In this document: positions 36,820-47,354 of the stretch, piece after piece
How the letters are laid out: each line of letters begins with the position of its first letter
How positions within the stretch are numbered: the first letter of the stretch is position 1
Translations under genes and position numbers: made by a program
Source: Azolla caroliniana
Lineage: Eukaryota > Plantae > Polypodiophyta
Direction of reading: 5' to 3'
Assembly (NCBI GenBank): GCA_043228905.1
Contig: JBHGNT010000001.1
Location: forward strand, 11,098,001-11,162,000
DNA: 64,000 nt
Notes under the pieces: model-generated
What the model was told of the DNA's origin: nothing
The model's input: the letters and a program-made list of their open reading frames with translations, nothing else
Databases searched by the model: none

Positions 36820-38830
36820 ATCGGTGTCCCCACATCTTGACCAGAGACTTCGGCAGTTCAGGCGGCGTGGCAACATGAGACCGAAAGAGATGGAGGTGGG
36901 AACGCAACAAGGAGAGCGAAGACGAGTCCGGTAGAAGTACAAGGGACGAAGCGGAGAGCGAAGACCAGTCCTATGGGTCACCTCACACCGAATCTAGAGA
37001 CTTCGACAGTTGGCATCGGGTCCGACGTAAGACCAAGATACTGACGGTGGCAACAGGAGAACGGGACCCGACAATCCAAAGAATGACGGACGGACCCGGA
37101 CGAGAACCGGGTGGAGCGGACTTTCGGATAATCGATCCGGAAGAGGGGAGAGAGCGGCCCTACGAAGAGGTCAGGAACACAGTACGTCGGTACCACGGGA
37201 GAGGGTGTGGAGCGAGCCACCCTCTCGACTTGCAGACAAAGACGACCCGGGATAAGGGTGAGAGATACGACGAGCCCGAGGGGGATCCTTCACACCGGTT
37301 CTAGAGACTCTGACGGTCGGCCCTAGATCCGGCGTGAGACCTAGAGTGATGAACGGTGGCGGCGAGGGGACAAAGGTGAAGGGTTGCGGATGGGCGGTCT
37401 ACGGAGATCCTCACACCGATCCGGCGATCGGCCCGAGTGTTGGCGTGAGTCCTATAGGAGAGATCGGTGGTGGTAGGTGAACGTGACCAGCAGAAGAGAC
37501 CGACGCAAAGGTCAGGACTACAACAAGAGAAAATGGCAAGTGGTGTTGCCACGACCTTACAAACACCGGTTCTAGACACTCCGGCGGCTGGCCTGGAAGC
37601 CGACGTGAGACCTAGAGTAAGGAACGGTGGCGATGGCAAGGCGGGCAACTGAAGGCAGAAGGGGAGGTCCCACAAGATCCTCACACCGATCCAACAGTCG
37701 GCCCAAGTGTCGGCGTGAGTTCTATAGGAAAGGACGGTGGCGGCAGGTGAATGTGATCGGACGACAGAAATCAGAGCGAAAGAAGGTATGAGGCCGGCGA
37801 GGCGGCCACAAATCGAATACATACCCAACCGGCAGAGTCGGCAAGACAAAGATCGGATGCGCTTGGTACGAGAGTCAGTGACCCAACAAAACGGAGGCCC
37901 GAGAAGGATCCTTTAGACCTGCCCGGAGAGCCCGGTTGTTCAGCCAACGTGGCAAGGTGAGACCGAGGGTAATGGAAGGTGGCGGCAAGGGGACGAAGGC
38001 GACAACAACAGAAGCACCGACCAACCAAGGCGTTACGTGAACGAAGGAGGCCATGCGGGTTGGGACGCGGCAAGGGTGATCTTCCGGTAAGCTGCCGGGA
38101 ACACCAAGTTAAGGAGCGGTGTGCCAAGTCGGAAAGGGCGCACCCGAAAGCGGAACGGAAGACGTGCATGTGGCCACCAAGGGCCAAAGCGAAGCACGAC
38201 TACGGGACGGTGTTCGGCCTAGGCGGTGCCTAACAAGGAAGGCAGAAGACGGCACACGGAGGTGTCGGGAACGACAACACGCGTGTGCGTAAACGGACTA
38301 CGCGGGATGGAGACCCGAAACAAGATCGAGGGCCGGAGAAGGATCCTCTACGCCCGCTTCAGTGATCTCGCCAACTCAGTTGGAGTGGCATGCCAAACCC
38401 GAGATAACAAGCTGGTGGGGGCGAGGGGATGACGACAAGCGGAAGGCTCCAAACCGGTGGCAGCAACGCAAAACGAATGTGGCCAAGCGAGCTACTACGG
38501 GGTGTTCCTCGGATGCGAAGGACACTAGTATGCGGAGAAGCGGCGATGCACGATCCGCTCGGGCGAGGGCCAATGACGTGTGCATAGGACAAAACCGGAG
38601 TTCGGCACGAGCGGAGCCGAACATGAGAAGGGGGTTGCACGGTACACGAAGGTGCCAAAGCGGGAATAGAGGCGCGAAGATGGTTTGCCGGTTCAGGTGA
38701 TCTCGCGTAGAAGGCCGGAGAGGGATCCTCCACACTGGTTCCGGAGACCTTGGTAGTTCGGTCGTCGTGGCAACGTAAGACTAAGGAGAAGGTAGGTGGC
38801 GGCAAGGGGACGAAGGTGGTGGAGATCAGC
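36820..38830 (+). repeat. Degenerate ~120-270-bp internal repeats of element A
   Basis: CACACCG..CTAGAGAC..GGCGTGAGACCTAGAG..GGTGGCGGC units at ~36984, 37291, 37410, 37562, 37680 and 38731. Confidence 0.75.
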
Positions 38831-39061
38831 GTGGAACGAGAACTGGGACGACGCAAAGATCGACGGAGGCCAAGCGGGCCATCATGGGTGCTCCTCGGAC
38901 GGAGGACACCGCGTATTCGAAGGAACGAGAAGCGTACAAGCAGTTGAAAGAAGGGCCTACGGGGAGGCAAACGCGGAAAAGGAATCGGAGCCAACGGTTC
39001 GGACCGGCGAGGCCAATGCGGTAGCCAGAATGCGGATTACGGAAGACCGGTTTCTCACCGG

Positions 39062-40177
39062 TGTCGTGAGGATCCGTCTCTATGTGCGGATCGTGAGGCG
39101 GAACCGCCGGGGTTCTGAACCGGAAGGACTCGTAGCACCCACTAGCTTTAGCGAGAAAGGATTTAAGCTAGTTTGAGGGAGAGAGATTGAGATGGTGAGA
39201 GAGAGATAGAGAGTGAGAGAAATAAGGTTGATCTTTTAGCTTTAGATTCGAGAGACAAGATATATCATTAATTGGAGAACAAATTTTTCTTCTTCTTAAA
39301 TTCTTGAATCCCAAAACATAACATAACCTTGATCTTTTTCCCATCCATCCTTTTATAGATGCTCCCATGCATATGATGCATGCGAGTACAAGACATGCAT
39401 ACAATGCATGGAATGCATGTGATGCATGTTTGCCATTTGGCATTCATGCATCACATCTCACTCAATTAAGCTCTAATATGAGAATTTAATGATACGGAAA
39501 ACATTTCTAAAGAAATGATATAACTTAGAGGTAAGTTTATAGACTCTTAATGTGGAGGTGCAAGGATCAAGTCTTCACTTGCACTCCTTTTGAATACACA
39601 CACACACACACATATATATATATATGTTTCTTTTTTTATTAATGTATTTTTACAAGGCATTCCTCCGTCCGGTCGTTGTCTAGTCGGCTCCGTTGATCAC
39701 GGTTGTCGTTTGATGTCGGATGTCGGATCTCGTCGGACATCGTTGTCAGTCGCCATCGCCAGTTACCGTCGCTAGATTCGTCCAAAACACATAGTTATAT
39801 GCATTTGGCTATAACCATTTGTTAAGTCATATAACTTAACCTTTATATATTCTACACATGAACACAAAGATAATAGCTTTTGCTTTGCATTATATATGGT
39901 GGGTTCCTTATTTGTCCTGTCTATGTGGGATATCACATATTTTTCTCTTCTTCTTTGCAAACTTGATACCCACATAACTTGACACTTAGATGTTTGTTTC
40001 CTACGTAGTAAAGCACATTCAAAAGCTCTTCAAGACCTCCATCTTTTTGTATCAAGATATTAAACTTATTTAAGATAGTATCTTTACTATTATTGTTTTA
40101 TATTTCGTGAGAAGAACCACGCTCGATTTCGTATGTTCCTTACAAGTTTTACACTATCGTTGAAAATTTTCACGACA
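39062..40177 (-). repeat. Solo LTR X3 (TGTCGTG family) nested in element A
   Basis: TGTCGTGA...TCACGACA; flanks CCGG/CCGT; homologous to the LTR X2 terminus. Confidence 0.8.
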
Positions 40178-40946
40178 CCGTCTGGAGTCTCTCACACTTC
40201 TCCGAACTTGGCACATACCGGTGGACGTGCGATCTAGTGGGGCCGGATGTCGTGAAGCTTCCGGGTCATAGTGAGAAACCGGGGAATATCGGAAGAGTCA
40301 GTGGTGGGCAACATGTGCACATGTATAGTTGGAGACGGAGTATAGAATAAAGGGGAGAATTTGTCCCACATTGTAACGCCCTCCCCTCCTTGTTCTATAA
40401 AAGGAGGGAGGGGTCCCTTGATGAGGGGTTGCCCATTTTTGAGTTAGGAGGGTATACCATTAGATTTAGGTTAGGCAGTTTCTCTTATTCTTACTTCTGT
40501 CAGGAATAGTACTAAAACAGAGATGGAATTAGTACTAAGAAGAGTAGTACTATTAGTACTATTAGTACTAAGAGGACGGGACTGCGTAAGATTCCCGAGA
40601 GAGAGGAAGTGAGAAGAGGAGAGAGAGAGAGAAATAGGATGATGACAGCAGCTCTTATATTATATGAAAGATAAGTACAAATCGACTAAGAGGCTTAAGA
40701 CTGGTGTTGAACCAATTTGGTTCAACATAATGCTTAGTGCCTTCTTTTATAGTGTTCTCAGGAATAATCCTGAAGCTTCTAGAATGTTCCAGAGAAATCT
40801 GGAATATACATTACTTTCTTATAATAAAACATAAATGAAAATAATATTCTATGAATTACAATAGATGGTGAGATGGTTAAGAGCTCGACCCATATACCAT
40901 AAGGTCATGGGTTCGAGTCTTGCCATCTCATGACACTATCTCCCCC

Positions 40947-43900
40947 TTAAAGACGACGAGTGGAACGAGTCAGCGCTACTTGCGGACCGGGTTTGTCCGG
41001 ATACTTTCGGTGGAAATCAGCAAGAAGATCTTGTGCATTGGCAACATTCTCGACGGGTTCCCAAGTACGTTCGCTCGGACTATAACCGAGCCAATCGACC
41101 AAGTAATAGAGTTTGTTGCGAACAAGTTTGGAATCGAGGATGGCAGCAACTTCATACTCCGGGCCGGCGTCCAACTCCAGTGGGGGCGGCGGTGGTGTCA
41201 CACGATCGGGAATGGTGTTTGCTTTATAAGGTTCAAGAAGAGAACAATGGAAAACCGGATGTATCTGAAGCTGCGGAGGGAGATCAAGGCGGAAGGTGAC
41301 ATCATTAATCTTCCCCGTAATACGGAAAGGACCGAGTCGTCGATAATCCAACTTGTCGCACGGTCGAGTAGTCTTGATGTGACGACGTAAGAGCCATACT
41401 CGATCTCCGATGGCAAAAGAGGAGGGAATCCGATGACGATCCGCATAAGTCTTGTGTGTGTGTTGAGCATGACGAAGGTGAGTAGAGAGATCCATCTGGA
41501 TCTTGCGTAGCCTCTCCAAATGATCCTCGGCACGAGGGTTGGTAGGTAGCTCCGGAGTGTCGATCACCGACCAGCGAGGATGGAAACCGGTATAAGCGAA
41601 AAATGGGGAGACCCGAGTCGAGGAGTGAATAGCATTATTATACGCAAACTCCGCAAAGTGGAGAATCTCGGCCCAATCGTCCTGTTGATAACTCAGGAAA
41701 CACCGGAGATATTGCTCCAGCGTTTGGTTTGTTCGTTCCGCCTGTCCGTCGGTTTGAGGATGGTAGCCGGAGGAGAGGTTGCAGGAGACCTTGAGCATCT
41801 TGAAGAGATGTTGCCAAAATTTGGAGACAAATTGCGGGCCTCGGTCACTGATAATACTGTCTGGGAGGCCATGATGCCGAAAAACCTCACGCATAACAAG
41901 AGCGGCGGTTTCCTCGCTAGTGATGGCTTTAGTACATGGCACAAAATGTGCCATCTTCGTATATCGATCGACGACGGTTAGGATAGCATCGAACCCTTTC
42001 GAGACCGGCAGATCTGTGATAAAATCAAGACAAATAGACTGCCATGGCTTACTTGGAATTGGTAAAGGTTCCAACAAGCCATATGGATGGTGTCGTGGCA
42101 TCTTTGCTCGGCAGCAAGCATCACAGGTCCGAACGTAGTCGTCGACAAAACGGCGCATGTGGGGCCACCAAAAAGATCGTTGCACTAGCTCCAACGTCTT
42201 AGTACTACCGAAATGTCCCGCCGTATGGGTGTCGTGACAATGTTGGACAATTTGAAGGCGACAGGAGCAATCGGGGACATATACGCGCTTTTTAAAGAAT
42301 AACAAACCATCATGATATTCGAATTGTCGGTAGTCAATACCTGGTTGTTGAGACTGAGAACAGGATGCCCGAGAAGTATCAATGTGCGCCAGGATGTCTT
42401 GAGCAAAACTATCCGTCTTCAAGGTTGCACGTATGTCATCGGTAATCCGTGAATCCATCGGGGTGTGAAAAATCCGCGTCGTGTGCAATCGTGTTGGTCC
42501 CAAGATTACTTGCTTTTGATTATCAAATGTTGCTTCACCAGGACGAGGTGCAAGATATGAACGTCGTGATAGTGCATCTGCTTTTCCTTGCTGCTTCCCC
42601 GGTCGATATGTGATTTTGAAGTCGAAACGCGTGAGGAATTGCGCCCACCGAGCTTGCCGTCGATTTAGTACGCGAGCGTTCTGAAAATAAGCAAGATTTT
42701 TATGATCGCTGAAGACAATGACCTGATGTGGAGAGCCCTCTAAGAAATGCCGCCATTGTACAAATGAATCCACGATGGCTAATAACTCCTTGTCATGTAT
42801 TTCGTAGTTGATTTCTGCGACATCGAATTTGCGCGAATGGAAAGCCACCGGATGCAACTCTTCTTTATCACCTTGTTGAGAAAGGATGCTACCGAGGGCG
42901 AAATCTGATGCGTCGGCCTCCATGATGAATGGTTTGCTTGTATCCACATGAGCTAGAATCGGTGCTGAAGTAAAGGCTTTCTTAAGATGCCGAAAAGCCA
43001 TATCTGCTTCAATGGACCAAAGAAATGCTTGGCCCTTCTTCGTAAGTTGTGTGAGAGGTAAAATAATCTTCGAGTAATCCTGTATAAACTTACGGTAGAA
43101 GTTAGCAAAACCTAGAAAACATTGTACATCTCGTACCGACCGTGGAATTTGCCACTCTAGTACAGTTTGGATCTTAGCTGGATCCATGGCGATGCCCTTT
43201 GAGGAGATGACGTAGCCTAGAAATTCCACTTGCTTGCAGTCAAAGCTACATTTTTCTAGCTTGGCATAAAGACCATTCTCGCGGAGTCGCTTTAGTACTA
43301 ATAGTACATGAGAGTCGTGCTCTTCCTGGGTCTTCGAATAAATCAACAGATCATCCAGATAAATGATCAAACAGATATCCAAGAGGTCTCTGAATATATC
43401 ATTTGCCATGTGTTGGAAGACTGCGGGTGCATTGGTTAGGCCAAACGGCATAACAGTATACTCAAAATGCCCATACCGCGTGCGGAAAGCGGTCTTCCAC
43501 TCATCTCCCGGTCGGATCCGCACGAGATTATACGCTCCGCGTAGGTCGATTTTAGTAAAAAACTTGGCACCATTAACTCGCTCTAAAAGACTTGATATAA
43601 GAGGAAGTGCATACCTATTCCGGATGGTGACTTTATTTAATCCGCGGTAATCAACGACAAGACGAAGTGAGCCATCTTTCTTCTTGACAAAGAAGATGGG
43701 TGCACCGGCCGGAGATTTCGAATGACGGATGAACCCGCTTGCCAAGTTCTCCTCTATGTAGGCTCGAAGGACTTCTAACTCGGTGGGTGACAGGTTGTAA
43801 ATTGGTCCCCATGGTGGCTCGGTTCCTGGTTGTAAATCGATGGGACAGTCATAGGGACGGTGATGAGGAAGGGTACCGGCTTTTACCTTGTCAAATACAT

Positions 43901-44528
43901 CGGCATAAGGATGATATTTTGCCGGAAGTTGTACTGAGGAGTCCTTCTTAATAGTGCTGGAAGGATGTACTGATATGGAAAATAGGAACATTGCCTCCTT
44001 GGGTCCTTCTTCGCGTAGTTGATGGAGTGAAATGGTCGAAACTCGGCGAGTTGATTCTTGGGGTGGTCGATATCGGACTTCTCTTGTTCTCCAATCTATG
44101 GCTGGATTATGTAACTCAAGCCAAGGTAATCCTAGGACAATGGGATGCTCTGGACTACTAATTATATTAAATGATATTATACACACAAAACTACCTAGGA
44201 CAACTTGAATGGGTTCTGATTCTTCTACAATATTCCCGGAAGCAATGGGACGACCATCAATGACCACTACAGATGCGGGACAAGGAAGTTTTCTTAAGGA
44301 TATCTGAGAAGCTTGGGCAAAATTTCGATCCATGAAACAGGAATTAGCTCCGGAATCTAAAAGTGCTAGGACGGGTACTGGGGGAGTACTTTTAGTACTA
44401 ACAATGACTTGGGCTAGGAACACATTGCTAACTTGCTTGGAAGGAATGGAACCACTAATGGGCTGTACAGATCTAGGGCTGCTGTCCAACCAAATGGCTC
44501 CTATTTTGGCTGGACTCAATCGTTTAAC
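40947..44528 (-). CDS. Chromovirus Pol (PR-RT-RH-IN-chromodomain), in the -1 frame relative to gag
   Basis: LLDSGA, PFGLTNAP, YLDD, DASDF..ELLA..DHKNL, H..H..C..C, SDRGPQF, GPF, YEVAAILD..YLVDWLGY..TWEP. Confidence 0.96.
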   Translation of the reverse strand, partial: VKRLSPAKIGAIWLDSSPRSVQPISGSIPSKQVSNVFLAQVIVSTKSTPPVPVLALLDSGANSCFMDRNFAQASQISLRKLPCPASVVVIDGRPIASGNIVEESEPIQVVLGSFVCIISFNIISSPEHPIVLGLPWLELHNPAIDWRTREVRYRPPQESTRRVSTISLHQLREEGPKEAMFLFSISVHPSSTIKKDSSVQLPAKYHPYADVFDKVKAGTLPHHRPYDCPIDLQPGTEPPWGPIYNLSPTELEVLRAYIEENLASGFIRHSKSPAGAPIFFVKKKDGSLRLVVDYRGLNKVTIRNRYALPLISSLLERVNGAKFFTKIDLRGAYNLVRIRPGDEWKTAFRTRYGHFEYTVMPFGLTNAPAVFQHMANDIFRDLLDICLIIYLDDLLIYSKTQEEHDSHVLLVLKRLRENGLYAKLEKCSFDCKQVEFLGYVISSKGIAMDPAKIQTVLEWQIPRSVRDVQCFLGFANFYRKFIQDYSKIILPLTQLTKKGQAFLWSIEADMAFRHLKKAFTSAPILAHVDTSKPFIMEADASDFALGSILSQQGDKEELHPVAFHSRKFDVAEINYEIHDKELLAIVDSFVQWRHFLEGSPHQVIVFSDHKNLAYFQNARVLNRRQARWAQFLTRFDFKITYRPGKQQGKADALSRRSYLAPRPGEATFDNQKQVILGPTRLHTTRIFHTPMDSRITDDIRATLKTDSFAQDILAHIDTSRASCSQSQQPGIDYRQFEYHDGLLFFKKRVYVPDCSCRLQIVQHCHDTHTAGHFGSTKTLELVQRSFWWPHMRRFVDDYVRTCDACCRAKMPRHHPYGLLEPLPIPSKPWQSICLDFITDLPVSKGFDAILTVVDRYTKMAHFVPCTKAITSEETAALVMREVFRHHGLPDSIISDRGPQFVSKFWQHLFKMLKVSCNLSSGYHPQTDGQAERTNQTLEQYLRCFLSYQQDDWAEILHFAEFAYNNAIHSSTRVSPFFAYTGFHPRWSVIDTPELPTNPRAEDHLERLRKIQMDLSTHLRHAQHTHKTYADRHRIPSSFAIGDRVWLLRRHIKTTRPCDKLDYRRLGPFRITGKINDVTFRLDLPPQLQIHPVFHCSLLEPYKANTIPDRVTPPPPPLELDAGPEYEVAAILDSKLVRNKLYYLVDWLGYSPSERTWEPVENVANAQDLLADFHRKYPDKPGPQVALTRSTRRL

Positions 44529-45673
44529 TCTTCATCTAATTGACTAAGGATTTCAAATTTATTTGAGATACTTGGGCTATTAGTATTATGAATACTATCT
44601 GACACTCTATTAGTACTATTACTACTATCAGACACTCCGAAGGGAAGAATTGACTCAGGTTTAGTACAGGCGACAATTTGATTTACCTGTCTTCTTGGCC
44701 TATGGGGACAATTGATGGCGATATGTCCTGGTCCACCGCAATAAAGGCATAATCGATTGGCACGTCGTCGTTGCTTTTCTTCTTCCGATAACGGGCCGCG
44801 TCGACGCATGGTATCGATCTCCATCGGTGTCGAAGTATTTGCTTGAGGTATGTCTCGTGCAAACGGTTTAGCCGCGACTGTGGCGTAAGTGGGCTCTGGC
44901 CTAGAGCGTGGTATCTGTAATTGACGTTCTGAACGCCGTTCAAAAAGGCGGTTGTCACATCGAACTGCTCGACTGATTGCCTCCGTAAGAGACTTTGGTT
45001 CTTCGGGGAAAGTTAGAAGTAGATCTTTGACATCGTTTCGCAAGCCATAGCGAAACTGCTCCATTAGTGCTTGATCATCCCAGGGTATATCTGAAGCAAG
45101 TAGGCGGAAATCCGCCGCGTAGGCAGAGGCTGGACGATCGCCTTGACGCAATCGCCGGATCTTGTTGATCGCCGTCCTGATGCTGTCGGTGTCTCCAAAG
45201 CAGGCTTTAAACTCACCAATAAAATCTTCAAAGTTATTAAGCAAGGGCGATTGTTTTTCTAGAAGCGGAGCGAACCATGCCAAGGCTGAGCCGCTAAGTA
45301 GCGTGCCTATTAGGCCGACTCGAGATGCATCAGTGGGATATCGGGAAGGATGCATCTGGATGACTAAGCGTACTTGATTAAGGAATCCCCGAAATTGCGA
45401 ACGCGTTCCATCAAATTTCACAGGAAGTCCAATCTTGGGCTCTTTATGAAATCCTTGGGGACTGGATCCTTGTTGTTGCAACGCTGCTTCGAGTTGTTGT
45501 ACCCGTAACGCTAACTCCCCATGTTGTTGTTGCGTTTGTTGTTTTTCTAGAGCGATTTGTTGCAGATCCCCTATCAGCCGTTGGTTTTCGTGTTCCAAGG
45601 CAACAAACTTTTCTTTTAGGCACTGTAGCTCGGAGAAAACGGATTGGTATTCTTGGGCGCTAACAATAGCCAT
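44516..45673 (-). CDS. Chromovirus Gag (PEG10/sushi-like capsid + CCHC), 385 aa
   Basis: PVKFDGTRSQFRGFL, LSGSALAW, LRQG..ASAYAADF, FRYGL, CLYCGGPGHIAINC. Confidence 0.95.
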   Translation of the reverse strand: MAIVSAQEYQSVFSELQCLKEKFVALEHENQRLIGDLQQIALEKQQTQQQHGELALRVQQLEAALQQQGSSPQGFHKEPKIGLPVKFDGTRSQFRGFLNQVRLVIQMHPSRYPTDASRVGLIGTLLSGSALAWFAPLLEKQSPLLNNFEDFIGEFKACFGDTDSIRTAINKIRRLRQGDRPASAYAADFRLLASDIPWDDQALMEQFRYGLRNDVKDLLLTFPEEPKSLTEAISRAVRCDNRLFERRSERQLQIPRSRPEPTYATVAAKPFARDIPQANTSTPMEIDTMRRRGPLSEEEKQRRRANRLCLYCGGPGHIAINCPHRPRRQVNQIVACTKPESILPFGVSDSSNSTNRVSDSIHNTNSPSISNKFEILSQLDEELND

Positions 45674-46763
45674 AGTATAGGGGAAAGGGTAGGAAGATGA
45701 GGGAGAGTGACAAGTAGGCTAGAGGAAAAAATTGGTTCAAACTGTCAGGAATAGTACTAAAACAGAGATGGAATTAGTACTAAGAAGAGTAGTACTATTA
45801 GTACTATTAGTACTAAGAGGACGGGACTGCGTAAGATTCCCGAGAGAGAGGAAGTGAGAAGAGGAGAGAGAGAGAGAAATAGGATGATGACAGCAGCTCT
45901 TATATTATATGAAAGATAAGTACAAATCGACTAAGAGGCTTAAGACTGGTGTTGAACCAATTTGGTTCAACATAATGCTTAGTGCCTTCTTTTATAGTGT
46001 TCTCAGGAATAATCCTGAAGCTTCTAGAATGTTCCAGAGAAATCTGGAATATACATTACTTTCTTATAATAAAACATAAATGAAAATAATATTCTATGAA
46101 TTACAATAGATGGTGAGATGGTTAAGAGCTCGACCCATATACCATAAGGTCATGGGTTCGAGTCTTGCCATCTCATGACAACTTCGTTCTAGGGTTTCAT
46201 CTTGGTAGTTTTATTTCTTCTTCTTCGTCGTAGTGTGGGTTGAGAGCTCGTGTCTGTTTAGGGTTTGCTTTTGCTCAGTCTCTTGTGCAAGACCCCGCTC
46301 GGCGGCTTGGCAGCAAACTGTTGTTGTAACCTACCCTACCTTGGTCCGGCTTGAAGCCAAGGTTGTATTTTTCCCTTGTAATATATATACTCATATCTGT
46401 TTGTGCATATTGGTGTATTTGGTGGTGTCGGGAACATAGCCCCTTGTTTCCTGTGCATAAGAGTCGGTGTCGCGCGCATGCTCTCTCTCTCTCTCTCTCT
46501 CTCTCTCGTGTTCGGTTGCCTCTGGGACGTGTCCGGAGTCAGTTTTCTCGGCATCCCTTCCTCCCTCGTCCGAGACCCCCGTGGTCCCGCCCCTTATACA
46601 CGCATGCGCGTAATAACGCAACAACGTGAGCTACGCCGCCTAGTAGCTATGGTTGCGGTATCTTCTACATTGGGACCATGGGCCACCTCCACATCGAAAC
46701 CCTTTGACCTCCCGCTTCTTTTCGAGAGACTGGGATGGAAATGAAACTAGGCCTAGTATAAAC

Positions 46764-47033
46764 CATAGTTCTAGCCATACGTCCCATTCGTGTCATACTC
46801 AAACGCCAATATTCGTATCATACTCATACGTGAAAAGGCTCCAAGTATGATTGAAATCCATACGCGGTACATAGATATATTATATATACATATGGTGTAT
46901 ATGGTGTACATAGTGTGTGTGTGTGTAAGGGGGAGAGAGAGAAAGAGAGAGAGAGAGAGCGTGTGTGGTCTAGAGAGAGAAGCCCTGTTTTGCATGTGTG
47001 AGGAGACAGTGATTGAGTGTATATCTAGACTCT

Positions 47034-47064
<31 letters not shown>

Positions 47065-47354
47065 CTATGGGTTTTGTCTGTGTGAGGGAGTATGTAATAT
47101 GTATATTAGATATCTAGATTTTGTAGAGAGAGAAAATCTGTCAGTTCTCGTGAGAGAGAGAGAGAGAGAGTGTGTGTATGTGTGTCAGATGTCACTTCTA
47201 TTCACAAAATATTATGAATATCAAAAATTAAAAAAACCCAAAAAAAGAAAAAAAAAGAAAAAAAGCCAAACGAATATCGCGTATCATACGCGTACGTTTG
47301 CAAACGTTCGCGTACGTCCAGTAAATTGGACGTACGCGAATATTAGGAACTATG
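46764..47354. mobile_element. hAT-type MITE (591 bp)
   Basis: TIR CATAGTTC/GAACTATG. 8-bp TSD GTATAAAC at 46756-46763 and 47355-47362. Subterminal ATTCG/TACG repeats. Confidence 0.88.

Larger units (their letters stand above)
40498..46180 (-). mobile_element. Intact Ty3/Gypsy chromovirus (Tcn1/Tf1-sushi-like), 5683 bp
   Basis: 438-bp LTRs at 40498-40935 and 45743-46180 (TGTCA...TGACA), identical by eye. TSD ACTTC. PPT AAGGGGGAGATAG at 40936-40948. Intact gag and pol. Confidence 0.98.
34544..46623 (+). mobile_element. Non-autonomous (LARD-like) LTR element A with tRNA-Trp PBS, carrying two nested insertions
   Basis: 5' LTR 34544-35315. 3' LTR 40248-40497 + 46186-46623, split by the chromovirus. 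TSD ACAT/ACGT. PPT-like AGTGGGGCCGGA at 40236-40247. Decayed gag-like segment at ~35470-35950 (RFNGDKVSSY..LRLEFF..WETFERALL). No pol recognised. Confidence 0.88.
30569..46740 (+). mobile_element. RTE-type LINE split by LTR insertions (pieces 30569-30967, 32974-34543, ~46624-46740)
   Basis: CCFVDFRKTFDTIPR...FTSTV | GVKQGCPLSPTLFGIYID..LLYADD rejoins in frame across the 30968-32973 insert. LRISSHQLE..CRLC..EDEYHFTCKC at 33953-34390. A short charged ORF (MASKRTKD...) at 30569 may be an ORF1 remnant. The last piece is tentative. Confidence 0.85.

Noticed and set aside
34762-39176. ORFs with RERE/LSLS runs and Arg-rich ORFs
   Set aside because: Translations of (CT)n and GC-rich repeats in element A; no domain evidence.
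40863-40928. Functional tRNA gene
   Set aside because: No convincing D/anticodon cloverleaf and it is part of an LTR; kept only as a tRNA-like cassette.
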